Both the position numbers and the translations under genes were made by a program. A DNA stretch of 63,358 nucleotides, filler included, from Choristocarpus tenellus KU-1152 (taxonomy: Eukaryota; Protista; Phaeophyceae): NCBI GenBank assembly GCA_964200185.2. It is 13 parts of 13 records of this genome, joined end to end, with 100 filler letters (N's around TTAATTAATTAA, not from the genome) between each part and the next. Parts side by side here need not be neighbours in the genome. Positions count along the whole stretch, not along the records: positions 38,676 to 46,134 come from CAXNAD020006119.1; positions 46,235 to 54,000 come from CAXNAD020005615.1; 11 more parts are not named here. The stretch is one strand, 5' to 3'. The notes beneath the pieces were generated by a model. The model saw only the letters and a program-made list of their open reading frames with translations, was not told where the DNA came from and searched no databases. Every line of letters starts with the position of its first letter. The first letter of the stretch is position 1. This document shows, piece by piece, positions 38,790 to 51,380 of the stretch.

Positions 38790-39055
38790 GAATCGAAGTA
38801 TCTTAGAGGGTAGAAACGCGTTCGTTTGGGGGCCAAAATCCAAAGTTGCAATTTGATGTGATTTTGACTACTTGTTTGTTAGGAAGTGTTAATATCCTTG
38901 TTCTGGACATACACATGATACCTACTCAAAATCGTATACATTTTTCCTACTCCAAAACATTTCGGAGTAGAAAAATTTCATAAAAAAACAGTGGGAAGCC
39001 AAGCCCCAAATGTACAAACAGTGCAAAATTCATACCCTCTAAGATACTTTCACTC
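38790..39055 (-). mobile_element. MITE family A copy (TSD not clean)
   Basis: Both TIRs and the family A interior are present. Confidence 0.92.
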
Positions 39056-39059
39056 AACG

Positions 39060-40940
39060 TTGATATTGAAAATTGGCCACCAATACGAGTCTCCAACCTT
39101 ATCGAGGATGGGTTTGAAACCTGAGTGGCCTCCAGACAATGCATGTTTGTGGCAACCGTGGAGTATAAGACGGAACTAATGAGCGAGGAACGACCAACTG
39201 GTCTCTAGATGTGCTCCTTTTACGAAGATGGCCTGGTAAATACGGATGATGCAGTAAGCCATTACAAAGGAAAAAATACGACATAGAGGCTGTTCGTTCC
39301 TTATCAGTTGGGACAACGTTAGGGGACAGTAAATGCCTGAGATATGGTCCGAACTTGGATTCCTGCTACTTGCACAATTGCTCCGGGTCCACTGAGGGAA
39401 ACACAGTAGTGGAACTGTTAAATTGTTCACGATCACTTTGGACGGGCGTTGCTCTTGCTAATCAAGGATTGCACTGAAGGCCTCCATGACATTGTGGTCA
39501 AGCAGAATTTTATCAGGATCAAGTTTGGGAAAAAAATCGCTCCGCTTCTCTCCAGAGAATTTGGTTCTCTCGTTGGGGTGGGATGAAGTCCGAATGAGGA
39601 AACAGCATGGGAGGAGCTGACGGTGCTAATAAAGAACCTTCTGGACATCTTTCCACCATGTTCGAGAGGATATTGGAACATGGTTGTCAGGGGACAACTA
39701 CAATCTGGACTAATCACAAGGGAAACACTATTCCATAGTATGTGCCAAGGTCTGAAAATATAGTCTTTCACTAGGCCCTTGAGGAAGTTTTGGCAGAAAT
39801 TCCATTCAACAATCAATATTTTCAGATGTTGGCTAAACTACTAACAGGAGTGAAGAGTGATTTCCAAATGTCATTTGGAGAAAAAAAAGTGGGAAATCTT
39901 GTTCTCCAAAACCTGCGATTGCTAGACCGGTTGGGATTCCCGAAGTGAAATACCTAAAAAGATTTCCTCCAGACGTTGGGTGCGGGTGTGAGGCATTGCT
40001 ACTGCTTGTGACAGGTCTTACATGATTGACTCAGTTTCGCGGGTCTGAAGCTTCAAGAGATCCTGAAGCCATCTGGGTAACACGGCGTTTGCTCTCGCAC
40101 ACTCGTTCACGTGGTACACAATGAACATGGGAATAGCATCGCCAAACTGTGCCTGTGAAGTGGACATCTCACAAGCAGTCGAACGTGGGGGGGAGACATG
40201 AATGTCCTGGAAAAGGACACGGCGAGTTTGTCACAGTCGCCCAAGTTGACGTGATTCTCGAGGGTTGACGACATGGTTGTTGGATGACCACGACGATCAG
40301 TTGGGGAAGATGAGTGGGAAACTCGTCTACGATTCGGATTCTTGTGTTATTAGACGACGTGGATGAGTGACTGGAGGAATCAGAATCATGGATTGTTCAG
40401 GATTCCGTGTCCTTGACTGACTTGATTTCACCAACCTGTTCTTCGACTTCTCTTGATTCCGCCAAATGTTAAGCCAGGTGCTCCTCTCATGAAGTTTCAT
40501 CTTGATTGTGCGTTGGGCATGTTTGATCAGTGGTCAAACAAAAATTCACCCATCACCCTATCTCTGAGCTCACCCTTGTCGTCATTATGAATCATGTGAT
40601 TCTGTGATGGCGTGGTTCACTCAGGCTAGGGTGGTGAAGAGAATCACTGGGCAAGACGGACCCGACAGACCAAATTAAAACGTAACCAAGAGGACGAGGT
40701 TATGGTTGGACAAGTGCAAGACAGCTTGCACAAAACTGTGGAGACTGATTGAATGAGGATTTTGTGAGAGAGGATACTCAGAAACGCCAAGATGTGAGAA
40801 CAGAAGTGAATCTTTGATGTTTGACAACTCTGAATGAAGAGCATCCGATATCTGTGGAACTGGTATCTTGAAGAGGTTCCATGGATTCATTCTCACGGAA
40901 GATCCTCCACTGGAATCAGGGGTTCCTGACAAGGAACCTC
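39060..40940 (-). mobile_element. Decayed element, possibly the start of an APE-type LINE ORF2 with upstream ORF1
   Basis: LKILIVEWN and HISGIYCP resemble the apurinic-endonuclease motifs L.I..WN and I..IY.P; many disruptions. Confidence 0.3.
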
Positions 40941-41080
40941 AATTGGTAAAACGGCATAGCGGTATATGTAATATGGAAATAACAGCATAATTACGGACAA
41001 ACCTGCTTCCCACATTATGCTATGTATATACTTTGTATGTATGTATGCTCACAGAATTTGCGTATATGAAGATTTAACGA

Positions 41081-41446
41081 TACATCAGAAAAGGGACGGT
41101 CAAATCCCGTCTACGCCAGATAGTCCCTGTCACAACGCAAGCAGCCCTATCTCGACGTGTCATGCGTTTTAAGCGGGAGGCACCAGGGAGAGACGGGCAA
41201 GGAGGGGCTTGTTAGATTCTTGGGATGCTTCCCTAACTCCTCACCCTGGGGTGCAGGACTAAGCTAGGTTGGAGGCACAGGAAGGCAATGGTACAGCATA
41301 GCTGGTAGTAAAATAGTGAATAGATTAATGTTTTTCACATTTATGACAACTGTTACTTTTAGGGATTTTTCTGACATGTGAATAGTTTTCATTGGTTTTT
41401 CCCCTAACACATCTGCAAAATGTCAGAGAGCATAATAATAAATAAT
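41081..41446 (+). mobile_element. 5'-truncated CRE-like LINE (ORF C-terminus, 3' UTR, (ATA)n tail); longest family C copy
   Basis: YIRKGTVKSRLRQIVPVTTQAALSRRVMRFK resembles the last helix of CRE-clade RLE domains; followed by a terminal stem-loop and TAA-repeat tail. Confidence 0.65.
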
Positions 41447-41544
41447 ATCTAAAGCCAAAGTGTCTTGATCAATCAACCAACCAACCACCCTTGAATGCCA
41501 CGTATCGTACTACAACATTGTTTGGTGTGTATGCACCACATAAC

Positions 41545-41806
41545 GAGCCAAAGTATCTTAGAGGGCAGAGCCACGTCCATTTATTTGGGGGCCAAAATCC
41601 AATGTTGCGATTTTGATGTAATTTGGGCCATCGTATTTGTTAGGAAGTGTCAATATCCATGTTCTGGATACACCTTTCCATAATGTATACATTTACCTAC
41701 ACCGAAACATTTTGGAGTAGGAAAATATCATAATAACAACTATGGGAAGTCAACCCCCAAACGGACAACCAGGGAAAATCTCGTACCCTCTAAGATACTT
41801 TCACTC
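41545..41806 (-). mobile_element. MITE family A, complete, TSD TAAC
   Basis: TAAC at 41541-41544 and 41807-41810; intact TIRs. Confidence 0.95.
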
Positions 41807-43444
41807 TAACGGTTCCCACACAACAGTATACACGCACATTTATTCGTTTATCCATACTCTTAATACGAACCTTGTTCTAATGCTCACCTTACATTTTCAC
41901 ATGTCCTATTTTTTTCTCTTGTTTCAACCATTGTTGTGCACATGTTTCTTGCTGGTCTGTATGGGCAGTTTGTGCCGTGTGCGAATCCAACTACGGACAA
42001 GGTGTGGGTAAGACATGCCACAAGTGCTCGAATAGCTTCAAGGGTGGTATGTACTTCCTCATCGTGGTGTTGACTCTTGTAATTCTCACCGTCCTGTACC
42101 TTCTGGGAGTTTACCTTGTGAGTCACAGAATATAAAAAGCACAATGAAAACAGTTAATTACACCCCTTGCCTACCAACCCTTCACCTTGTTATTCTTAGT
42201 CAGTCACCAACAACTTAACTTTGTTTGAGCAAAAGCACTTGACCCTCAGCAGCAACAAACCTGTGTTGCCCTTTTCCTCCCCTGATGAACTAGATTGGTG
42301 GTGGTATAGCAGTGGTGTCCACAGTGGAGACATCTTGCAAACAGATGAAGAGGTTGTCCTTCAGTAACAGCAACATGGTTTCAAGAGCTTCCGCCATTGG
42401 TCCTATTGTGAAGGATACGACAAATCTGTCTGTAGATATCTCGGACCAGTGCATCACAGAGAATTCTATTAGCTCTTCCGTGGGAACTACCAGCACTTTC
42501 GGTTCCACTTTTGCATTGCCTCCACCACGAAGTCTACATAGTACTGCCGGCACTAGGCCCATTGACAAGGAGAAACATCCAAGGCGTTTTATATCCAGGG
42601 GCCAGGTGTTCCTGTCAAAAATGCCTTTTCAGAAAATCAGGATTGTCATTGGTGAGAGTTAGGGTAAGGTGATGGAAGATAAGGGCACAGGCTAGATAAG
42701 GGAATAGTTGCAGTGGAGAGAGGGCTGGTGGTGTTCCTGCTGTTGGACTAGGCTGGGTCTCGTTTTGTTTTGGAGTGTGCTTGGACAAAAGAGGGTAGTC
42801 AAGTGATATGAATTGATGTGAAGCGGTGATGCCCTGCCAACTGACCTCACATACTTGATATGATAATGTTGCATTAGTTGCTTATTGTATTGTGTTGCGT
42901 TGTGTTGTGCAGGCAATGATAGATTGACCTTCTATTGTACTATGGAGTTTGTCGCAGCACTGTCATTCCTTTCTTATCTATTGCGGAAGTAGCTCCTTAC
43001 CTCCTATTAAATTGCACCTACCTCCTCCTCCCTACTTCTTACTCCCTTGCTGGTCTGTCTAAATTGTGTTGCTTACTGCTTGAACACTCCCCAGCAAGTT
43101 TCTTGCTATTATTACTGTAAGCTGCTTACTAACAACGGTAGGTGCTGCTGTGTTTTTGTGCTCTGTACCGATTTTCCTCTACCTTTTCTGGACACACAAC
43201 ATTTAAAGTGGTATGGCAGATTACCTCTCAGGTGTGTTACTGATAATGTCCTTTTTGGAGGGTGATTTGCTAGAAGATTCCCACACTCGGTCTGACAGAG
43301 TGGACTTCAGAAGTAGTTTCTATGGCGTAGAGTTGGTCTTGTTTGTTTGCAATTGCACGTACCCCTCTTGTTGTGTCTTTTGCTTCAAAGGACTGCTTCT
43401 ATTTTACGCACAATGTGCGACACACGGATCGACGATGTTTTTAT

Positions 43445-43590
43445 TTATTTATTTATTTATGGAACTATTGCGTTGAGTGTATTTTTTGGAAGTATCATAT
43501 GTGTCATTTCGTTTTTTTTTTTATTTATGGAACTATTGCTTTGAGTGTATTTTTTGGAAGTATCATATGTGTCTTTTCGTTTTTTTTTTG
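43445..43590. repeat. Tandem duplication, ~70 bp x2
   Basis: TTTATTTATGGAACTATTGC.TTGAGTGTATTTTTTGGAAGTATCATATGTGTC repeated. Confidence 0.9.
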
Positions 43591-43777
43591 TAGAAGTATT
43601 TTTTTTGGTAATATCGTATGAACGTGGTTGGAAGGTCTTGAAACGCAACCTTCCATACAAGTCATATATATATATTAGTGCTACTGCTTGTACGGTGTGT
43701 GTCTTGCATTGACTCTCCCACCCCGCCCCCTCTAATTTGATCCATTCTACCGCATATGCTGTAACAAACGCCTGCAG

Positions 43778-44864
43778 TTTGCAGAAATCACGCAGGTGTC
43801 CTTCCCGCCTATCTTTAAAAGATTTTTATCGGTGATCAACTTCCTTAACTTCGACGTGGCTTGTCTTCTTTCTGCTACATGCTTGACGCAGAACATCAAC
43901 TTCTACAGCAAGCTTCTGTGAGATACATTGCTTACAAACAGGGAGTAGTGGGTGGAGTGGGAAGGGCGGGGGGTAGTTCCAAGTCCACTACTGTTCTATG
44001 GAAACGTTGTACTAGGAGAGTCAACATACTGACAGAGTTTGTTCTTTTCTGATTCTTACTAATATTGCACTACCTGAAACAATTGTAGCTTGCGGATGCC
44101 AATCTGTTGCATAATGTACAGAGTTTGTTCTTTTCTGATTCTTACTAATGTTGTACTACCTGAAACAATTGTAGCTTGCGAATGTCAATCTGTTGCATAA
44201 TTTTCATCTTACGTTTATCCCAACTCTATCCCCTCTACACTATAAACCCCTTTCCCATTATCAGCAAATTACCATATCCCCTCTCCCATATCATCACCCT
44301 ACTCATTCATCCCTTTCCTCATCAACTTGGTGCCAAGTGAATCAGTAGCTATATCGTCTTGGAGTTGAGAGAGACATATCATGTTCAACTCACCCTCCTC
44401 CCTCCCTCCCTTTGCTGCTTCTCATGTCATAATTTTCTCACTGGTACTGACTCGAGTTGTGTTCCCTCTATAGATTTAGGAGTATATACACAGTTTATGT
44501 TTAGATCCACTCTAAAATAAAACATCCTCTTGGCGTTGTGACATGTGACATCACCTGCTACTGCTCGTACTTCGTGAGAAAATATATCTTCTTGGTGTCT
44601 ATCGTACTGGTATCATCTGCCCTCCAGCTACCATGAAGATAATTATAGTCTACTATGTACCTCCTAAAGATGACACCCCTGGTCTGTTCCTAATTTTTGT
44701 GCAAAATGTGTCTTCTACTTCATATCACATGTGATTTATTGTCAGCATGACTACTATTGCACCATTAATCATCCTGGGCATGCTGGCCTTTACGTACCAT
44801 TTGGCGGCTCACTCCATAAACGAATCCAGTACGCTGTTAGAATCAAGCAGTGGCACCGATCATG
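43778..44864 (+). CDS. Stramenopile Pmp/adhesin-like multi-pass membrane protein, internal exons join(43778..43917,44746..44864); possible next exon ~45873-45990
   Basis: FAEITQVSFPPIFKRFLSVINFLNFDVACLLSATCLTQNINFYSKL|LMTTIAPLIILGMLAFTYHLA; phase-2 GT-AG junction; pattern V.FP..F..FL.....NFD....S..C.....F...LL..T..P as I recall it from stramenopile Pmp-like transmembrane regions. Confidence 0.7.
44032..44201. repeat. Intronic tandem duplication, ~86 bp x2
   Basis: ACAGAGTTTGTTCTTTT(T)CTGATTCTTACTAAT...CAATCTGTTGCATAAT repeated. Confidence 0.9.
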
Positions 44865-45575
44865 GTAAGGTTCCCCTTGGACAATTTCATCAACCGGTGG
44901 GCATATAATTTAGGCAGTGGAGTGAGTGAGAAGGGGGTTACTAAGCCCCAAGACTTGAAGTAGAAAAGAGATAGTATATAATTTGTGAAGTATTGTATTG
45001 TCTGGGAGCTGTAGCAGTTGAACCAATCCTTTGCATAGGAAAAATACACTTCGCAAACTATCTGTAAACTGCTTGCACTGTAGTGCATGCTGTTTTACTT
45101 TCTTCAAAGCACATTTGCACGCAAGAATATGCAGTAGTACATAGATCTACATAGTACTTAGGAGTAGCACAAAATGCTACACTGAGCATTCTAAAATGGT
45201 GGAGGTTGAAAGTTGTTGACTTCAGTAGAGTCAATTGGAGCGTCCACGAATTCAAGGCAGGGGTTGATAAATTATATTTGACTCTCCTTGTAGGATCAAT
45301 TCTCTTGTGATGTTATTAACAGTTGTTAAAGATTGTACCAAAAATTCGTACTAACACCATTCAGAACATGGTTAAGTTTCTATCACATCATGTGTGTACT
45401 GGAGAATAGGTGTCGTGTCCGGTAAGCCTCTCAGTTTAGACTATCTACCTTCTTCAGCAGAAGATATGAGCGTACGGGGTGGTGACCCGTTGAATTCTTG
45501 TGAAAAATGGGACTGATTGAAGCGCTCAATTCCAATAAGCCATGCATCACAATAAATTTATGAAGGAGATAATAA

Positions 45576-45749
45576 GCCTCAAAGTATCTGGGGGGGGGGG
45601 TGGAAGCTGTCCATTTGGGGTCCAATTTTCCATGTCACTATTTTTGGGTGATTTGGTTGCATGCGTCAGATGGATAATGTAAGTGCACTTTTTCTGGTCA
45701 GGGCCCGAATGGATACCCTGGTGTAGCCCCCCCGAGATACTTTTGAGCC
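45576..45749 (+). mobile_element. MITE family B, complete 174-bp copy, flanks TAA/TAA
   Basis: GCCTCAAAGTATCT-G11 ... C7-GAGATACTTTTGAGCC; interior matches 89-245. Confidence 0.9.
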
Positions 45750-46313
45750 TAAACTACTTTGGTTTTGTTTATTTTATTTTTTCCACCCTAGTAGAAATCA
45801 TCCTCTCTTATTTGCTTGCATTGGCAACCGACACATTTCTGTATATAAAAAAATGGAGATAACTGTCCAAAGAAGGACATCGACACGATTCATCCCTTCG
45901 CATGGAATGTGTGGCGACCATATTTCGTGCTGTATATTTGTACATTCATGTTATTTGTCTTGTTGTGGTGGTCACCTTCAATACTATCCGGTTATGGTTA
46001 TTCAAGGAATTGTTTTTGTTTTGCAACATGGAAAATCAACCCCAAATTCTACAGGGTTTCAGATACTTTTCACAATTTGGGTCAAAGTATCTGGGGGGGG
46101 GGGGGGGGGGTTTTTGGGGGGGGATGGGAGGAGANNNNNNNNNNNNNNNNNNNNNNNNNNNNNNNNNNNNNNNNNNNNTTAATTAATTAANNNNNNNNNN
46201 NNNNNNNNNNNNNNNNNNNNNNNNNNNNNNNNNNAGAAAACACAAAAACAAAAAACAAAAACAAAAAACAAATGTGCACGTAGGCGGGGGGGCCCCCCCA
46301 GATACTTTGGATC

Positions 46314-48100
46314 TATGATACCCTTCGTTACAAACTAGACACACCACAACAATGCACAACACATACGAAATCAGGTTTCAACAGGTTATTAGCCTTAACA
46401 CCTGAACGCCACACACTCCTGGCCTTGAACGTCCGGGCCCCGTACTACTCACCACCGTTTTCCCACACCCGCACCACACTCACAATAATCCTTCCTTCAA
46501 TGCACACTGAAAGCATCGTCCCATCCACCATTGAGGAATGCCGCCACCAAATGTTTGGTGTAATCCATTCTGCCTGCCCAAGACCGACTCAAGACCCTCT
46601 ACATGTACGACTGCCGTACGATGACAACCTCAACGATAAGGCAACGTATCTTAGGTGGTAGAGCCACGTCCATTTGGGGACGAAAATCCAATGTTGTGAT
46701 GTTAATGTAATATTAGCTATCGTGTTTGTTAGAAAGTGTTAATATCCATCTTCCGAAAACACATTTTCATAACGTAACACATTTTACCTACTTCCAAACA
46801 TTTTGGAGTAGGAAAATGTCCTAAACAAACCCGTGGGAAGTCAAATCCCAAATGGACAAATAGGGAAAAACTCGTACTCTCTAAGATACTTTCGCTCCGA
46901 TGGCCTCTAAGCTTGGCATGCCCTGGATGCTAAGTATGAGGCGGCCACTGAACGAGTGATGCGCACTATTCACCGCCGATTGGCATTGTCAGCAATGGAA
47001 CCTGGCGAGGACTCTGACCAGTAGCTTCTTCGACCCGACTGGGCCAAGACTGAACTTCGAAGGACTTGCCACGACTACCATAATCAACTATTGGCCGTAG
47101 ACGCCCATCCTTACCAGATGGTGCTCTCCGCAGCCAAATTTCATTCCGCTCCTCGAGCCTGCCTCTGCCATCACTGCCACCAGCCTGGTCACCACCCGCG
47201 TCAATTTCCCAACCACATTACTGCCCCCATCCCATGCACCTACACCACCCACTGGAGATTGGAGTCCCTACCACATGACATTTTCACACACTGATCGAGA
47301 ATACCGGGCACAATGTCAACACCTTCACCACCCGTCCATCCCTCACCTACCTACTCCATCCTCACCTACTACCACTCACACTGACGCCACATCCATCAAT
47401 ACATCAGTTCCACAAGATGACTGGGGTCCATATACTCACGACCACAATCCCTCCTGCTTCCCCACTATCACGCCCACACCCACATTTCCCACCACCACGA
47501 ACAACCACATATCCACAGTCCAAGACACACCCACCATTGACCTTACCTCATTCATGGTCGATTCTGGCTGCACATCCCATATTGCCGATCCTTCCCTTAT
47601 CCACACCACCCACCCCTCCTCATTCCACCTTTCCCCCCTTGCCCACCTCACCACTGCCTCCAGCATTGGGAATATCCAATCTCAGTGCACATTGGCAAAC
47701 CACCTTCCCTGACTGAACTGTAGCATCAACCCACACCACCACCTGTCCCCTCGTCCTTCACTGTCTTGCTGGTACCTTGTCATCATTTGTACTCTACATG
47801 TGCTGCAGTGACTACTACATGGACTACACAGATTTATCAAAACCCTTACTTGCCCAATGACAAGACGCATACACTTCCCAGGACCCCAGGTTCCCTGTAC
47901 TACCTTGTACCCCCCAATGCCACCCCCCAACACTCCAAATACTTCCTTCCTTGCCCTCCTTGCCCCCACAACCACCTCTGCGACTGTTTTTGTCTTGAGT
48001 CCTCCCCATACACTCCCCTCCTTACACTTTCTGTCCCCACAACCACCCCTGCTATTTTTTTAGCCTTACTCCTTTGGCACCATAACCTTGCCCACCTCCA
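46314..48100 (+). mobile_element. Decayed Ty1/Copia element: LTR end, PBS, gag, zinc knuckle, protease
   Basis: ...CAACA followed by the Copia-type PBS GGTTATTAGCC (46384-46394); DG.*AWHALDAKYE after MITE removal; CHHCHQPGH; protease FMVDSGCTSH (47551-47580). Confidence 0.8.
46638..46897 (-). mobile_element. MITE family A, TSD CGAT, nested in Copia gag
   Basis: CGAT at 46634-46637 and 46898-46901. Confidence 0.93.
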
Positions 48101-48109
48101 TGCTCAAAT

Positions 48110-48367
48110 CCCCCACCACCCACCACTAATCCTGCTCAAGACTCCCACTATCCACCATCAATCCCGCTCAAGAGACTCCCACTACCCACCCTAATCTTGC
48201 TCAAGACTCCCACTACACACCACCAATCCCGCCCAAGACTCCCTCTACACATCATTAATCCTGTTCAAGACTCTCACTACCCACAACAAATCCTGTCAAG
48301 ACTTCCACAACAGCGCTAATCCAGTTCAAGACTCCCACTACCCACCACTAATCCCGTTCAAGACCCC
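48110..48367. repeat. ~32-bp minisatellite, about 8 degenerate units
   Basis: Consensus CCCACTACCCACCACTAATCCTGCTCAAGACT, head to tail with no spacers. Confidence 0.9.
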
Positions 48368-49660
48368 CCCCTTTTTTCACACTACCAACTCACCGAAAAA
48401 AATCAAAAACAAAGACCTCACCCACACCATCATGCTGAGCTCCTGTGTGTACGTTGTGCTCTACGTTCTGAGTGTGCATTGCCAGTGAACATAGTTCCTA
48501 GGAATGCACACCCGATATTTTGGTTGGCTCCCATACACAATGATTGCAATGAAGAACAGTTGTCTTGAACTTGCTTCTTTTAAATTATCAAGACAATTGG
48601 GTTTGGAATATTAAGTATATATATACTGAATATCCATGAAGTTGGAGGGTACTGTAGTATTGGTTTTGATAAAGATGAAAAACCCAAACTATGGATTATA
48701 GACCTTTTAACAACTTGTTCGCCTTTAAAAGAAATGAAATCAGAGCATAAAATAGTTCGATAATATTAAATGGGGATTTCTGCTCTAAAGATTTACAAAA
48801 ACTTAGATATCAACAATAAAAATTGTCGATATCTTTTGTGTTGGGTCACATACAGTCCATAACGGACGAACGTCCATATATGTATGTAGTAGATGTATCA
48901 CAAATCAGTTGATTGGGTTTCAAAGGAGCTTGGTTCACATCTCATATAGAAATTGGCATGTTTCTAAAGGGGACACAACATCAAACACACATCAACACAA
49001 AACTTCGACTTATCAAAGAAGTGGACTGGATGGGTTGTTCAAATTTTGGTATTGTTGAAGCGAAAAACAAAACTGTGGAGAGAGATGGTTTGCCCTTGTG
49101 AACGAAGAAGGTATAAAAAATTTCAGAACAATAGTAGTGGCGATGTGTACTATCGCTAAATGGTATCCTCCCACAAGACGAATCAGAGTATGTCTACAGT
49201 ACCACTTCATCCCTCCTTTACTACTTGGGCAACCTTCATTTAGTGGGTGTAAAAATAGTCACAGTCCAACTTAACCTAAGACCAGACCTAATTCTTTCAA
49301 AACACATCTTGCCCAAATCAGCCTGCAGCCACCTGTACTCCATACTGTCACAGGTGAGATGTTGATTGTAAGATATAGCCTTGTTGTACAATTGTTTCTT
49401 TTACTTAATAGGAAAAAGAAAACAGGAGGAAAAGCTCGAGGATGGCTCTTCGAAACATCCAGAGTGTATGGGCACAACACAAGTTTCATAAAATGTTACA
49501 GTAACCCAGAATACTTGGAGCTCCTCAAAAACAGAACAAGATAACCAAGCATGCTATAGAAATCGCAATACTCCTACAGTCCGTCCCGCAAAGCACAAAT
49601 CAAGCTCCTTGTAGATAGCATGAAAGCAAAGTACATCACTACAAAACAGCTCTCTTGTAT

Positions 49661-51380
49661 CTAATGGCACATAGCCTTCAGTGATACACTGGCTACACCA
49701 TTCCTCCAGTCGTAGCTTGCAGCAGGAAGGTCAGTGGTGACATCATGCATGCCACGGTGAATGTGGATGAAGCCCTCACCATCATCAGTCATCTGGTTCT
49801 CTGTACTAATATCAGCGCACCCAGGTCCAGGGATAAACATGCAGTCCTCATTGTTGACTTCAGTTCCTGGAGACAGTCGACCAAAAAGGTAGTAGCCGCA
49901 GGAACCAAAATATGAAAATAAGCAAACAAGGAAAAGTGATATTAGCCACCGCACTACAATTACCTTTTTGCTTACTGACTTAACTCACCAAACCAATAAA
50001 TATGATACTGAGTCACTATCTGTCATAGCTAATGTACTGCTGTAGAAACAGTAGGACTCCATGAATTCTAAGTGATTCTTGTTCTATTACAGGCATCTGC
50101 TACATTTGGAGGAAAATAACATAAACAATAGGTGAAGGTGAGAAACCTCCAAACAATTCTACGCATACCACATTTGAGGTGCATCAATAATAGATCCTTA
50201 TGAAAGGGTGCCTCACCTGCATCGTAAGCAGGAGGGTACCATACACCATACTTCTCAGGAAGGGGCTGGCTCTCAATCCCCATGAACGCATCATTTGTGT
50301 TGACTGTACGCATGACGTGCAGAATGGGCATCCCAGGGTCGTGTGAGGTATAGTAGTAGTATAATGATCGTTCTGAAGTGCGATATATGATGTCAACCGG
50401 ACCTTCGTTTTTCTCCATAGTTGCGAAATTTGTCATTACTGACTTCAACGCACAACAACACACACACTAAAGAAGTATATACATCAGAATAACAACTAAT
50501 CCACACTGACTGAGAAGTCATGTTTCCATCGACCACTCTCTCACCGAGCATGGACGCAGCCGAAAAAACCGGGTCCTTGCACTTTCCCTTTGTCTTGACT
50601 GTAATTGTTTCCGCAAAGGAACCTCCTGGGGGGATAGGTGCTCCGCTGAAGGAGTAGCCGCAAACATACTTCTTGACATCTCCGTCCAGAAGATCCTGGG
50701 ATAGTCATATCAATAAGGAATGGTTAGAAATTAGCAATGGCGAGAGTAGTAGGGTGTGGTGTACCGTGTGCAGCTTGGAGAAGGTTACTTGTCAAGCCGG
50801 GAAGAAATGTATACATCAAATCAAACAAAGAATCTCACCAGGAGCGGCTGGGCGTTCCCTTCTTCGGCCAACGTCTTCAACTCCGAACTTGCCACTCCCC
50901 CGTCTTCAAAGATGTTGATGTCCTATTGGGATCATAGTGCATGGCCAAAATAGCAAAGTTGGCATTGACATTGTAGGTCTGTACAGTCAGACACCGTACG
51001 GAATTGGGGAGTCGTTCGCTCGCTACATCAACTGAAAAATGGAGAACATGGCCACATCCTTCCTTGATCGGCTTGTCAAATACTGAGGGCGACAATTTGC
51101 CTAGGTGGCAGTGGTATCTCAATTTCTCTTCATATCAGATGCCGCCTTCCTGCCCAGATAAATCCGTGAGTCATTGCCACACTAAAGCAGCCGAAACCGA
51201 TCTTCCATCCACCTATCTCCGGTACGTTTTGCTGCTTACCTGTGTGTGCACAATAACGACCACTGGTGAAAAGGGTTGAAGGTAGGTGAGGTTGATGACC
51301 TCGACCTCATAATCCGTGTACTTTGATGCCGATGCAGTGGCCATGGTGATCATAGCGAGTAGAGCCGAGAACGAACGCAT
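49661..51380 (-). CDS. Secreted stand-alone Spondin_N-domain protein, complete, 222 aa; exons complement(join(49661..49866,50217..50303,50545..50695,50839..50922,51240..51380))
   Basis: Five phase-compatible exons totalling 669 nt: signal peptide MRSFSALLAMITMATASA, then EVINLTYLQPFSP..VH, GGVASSELKTLAEEGN, SAASMLVNTNDAF, AYDAGTEVNNE, IPGPGC, GEGFIHIHRG, YDWRNGVA, stop. Confidence 0.9.

Noticed and set aside
48110-48367. CRISPR-like ~32-bp periodicity
   Set aside because: Units are contiguous and degenerate with no unique spacers; eukaryotic context and no cas genes.
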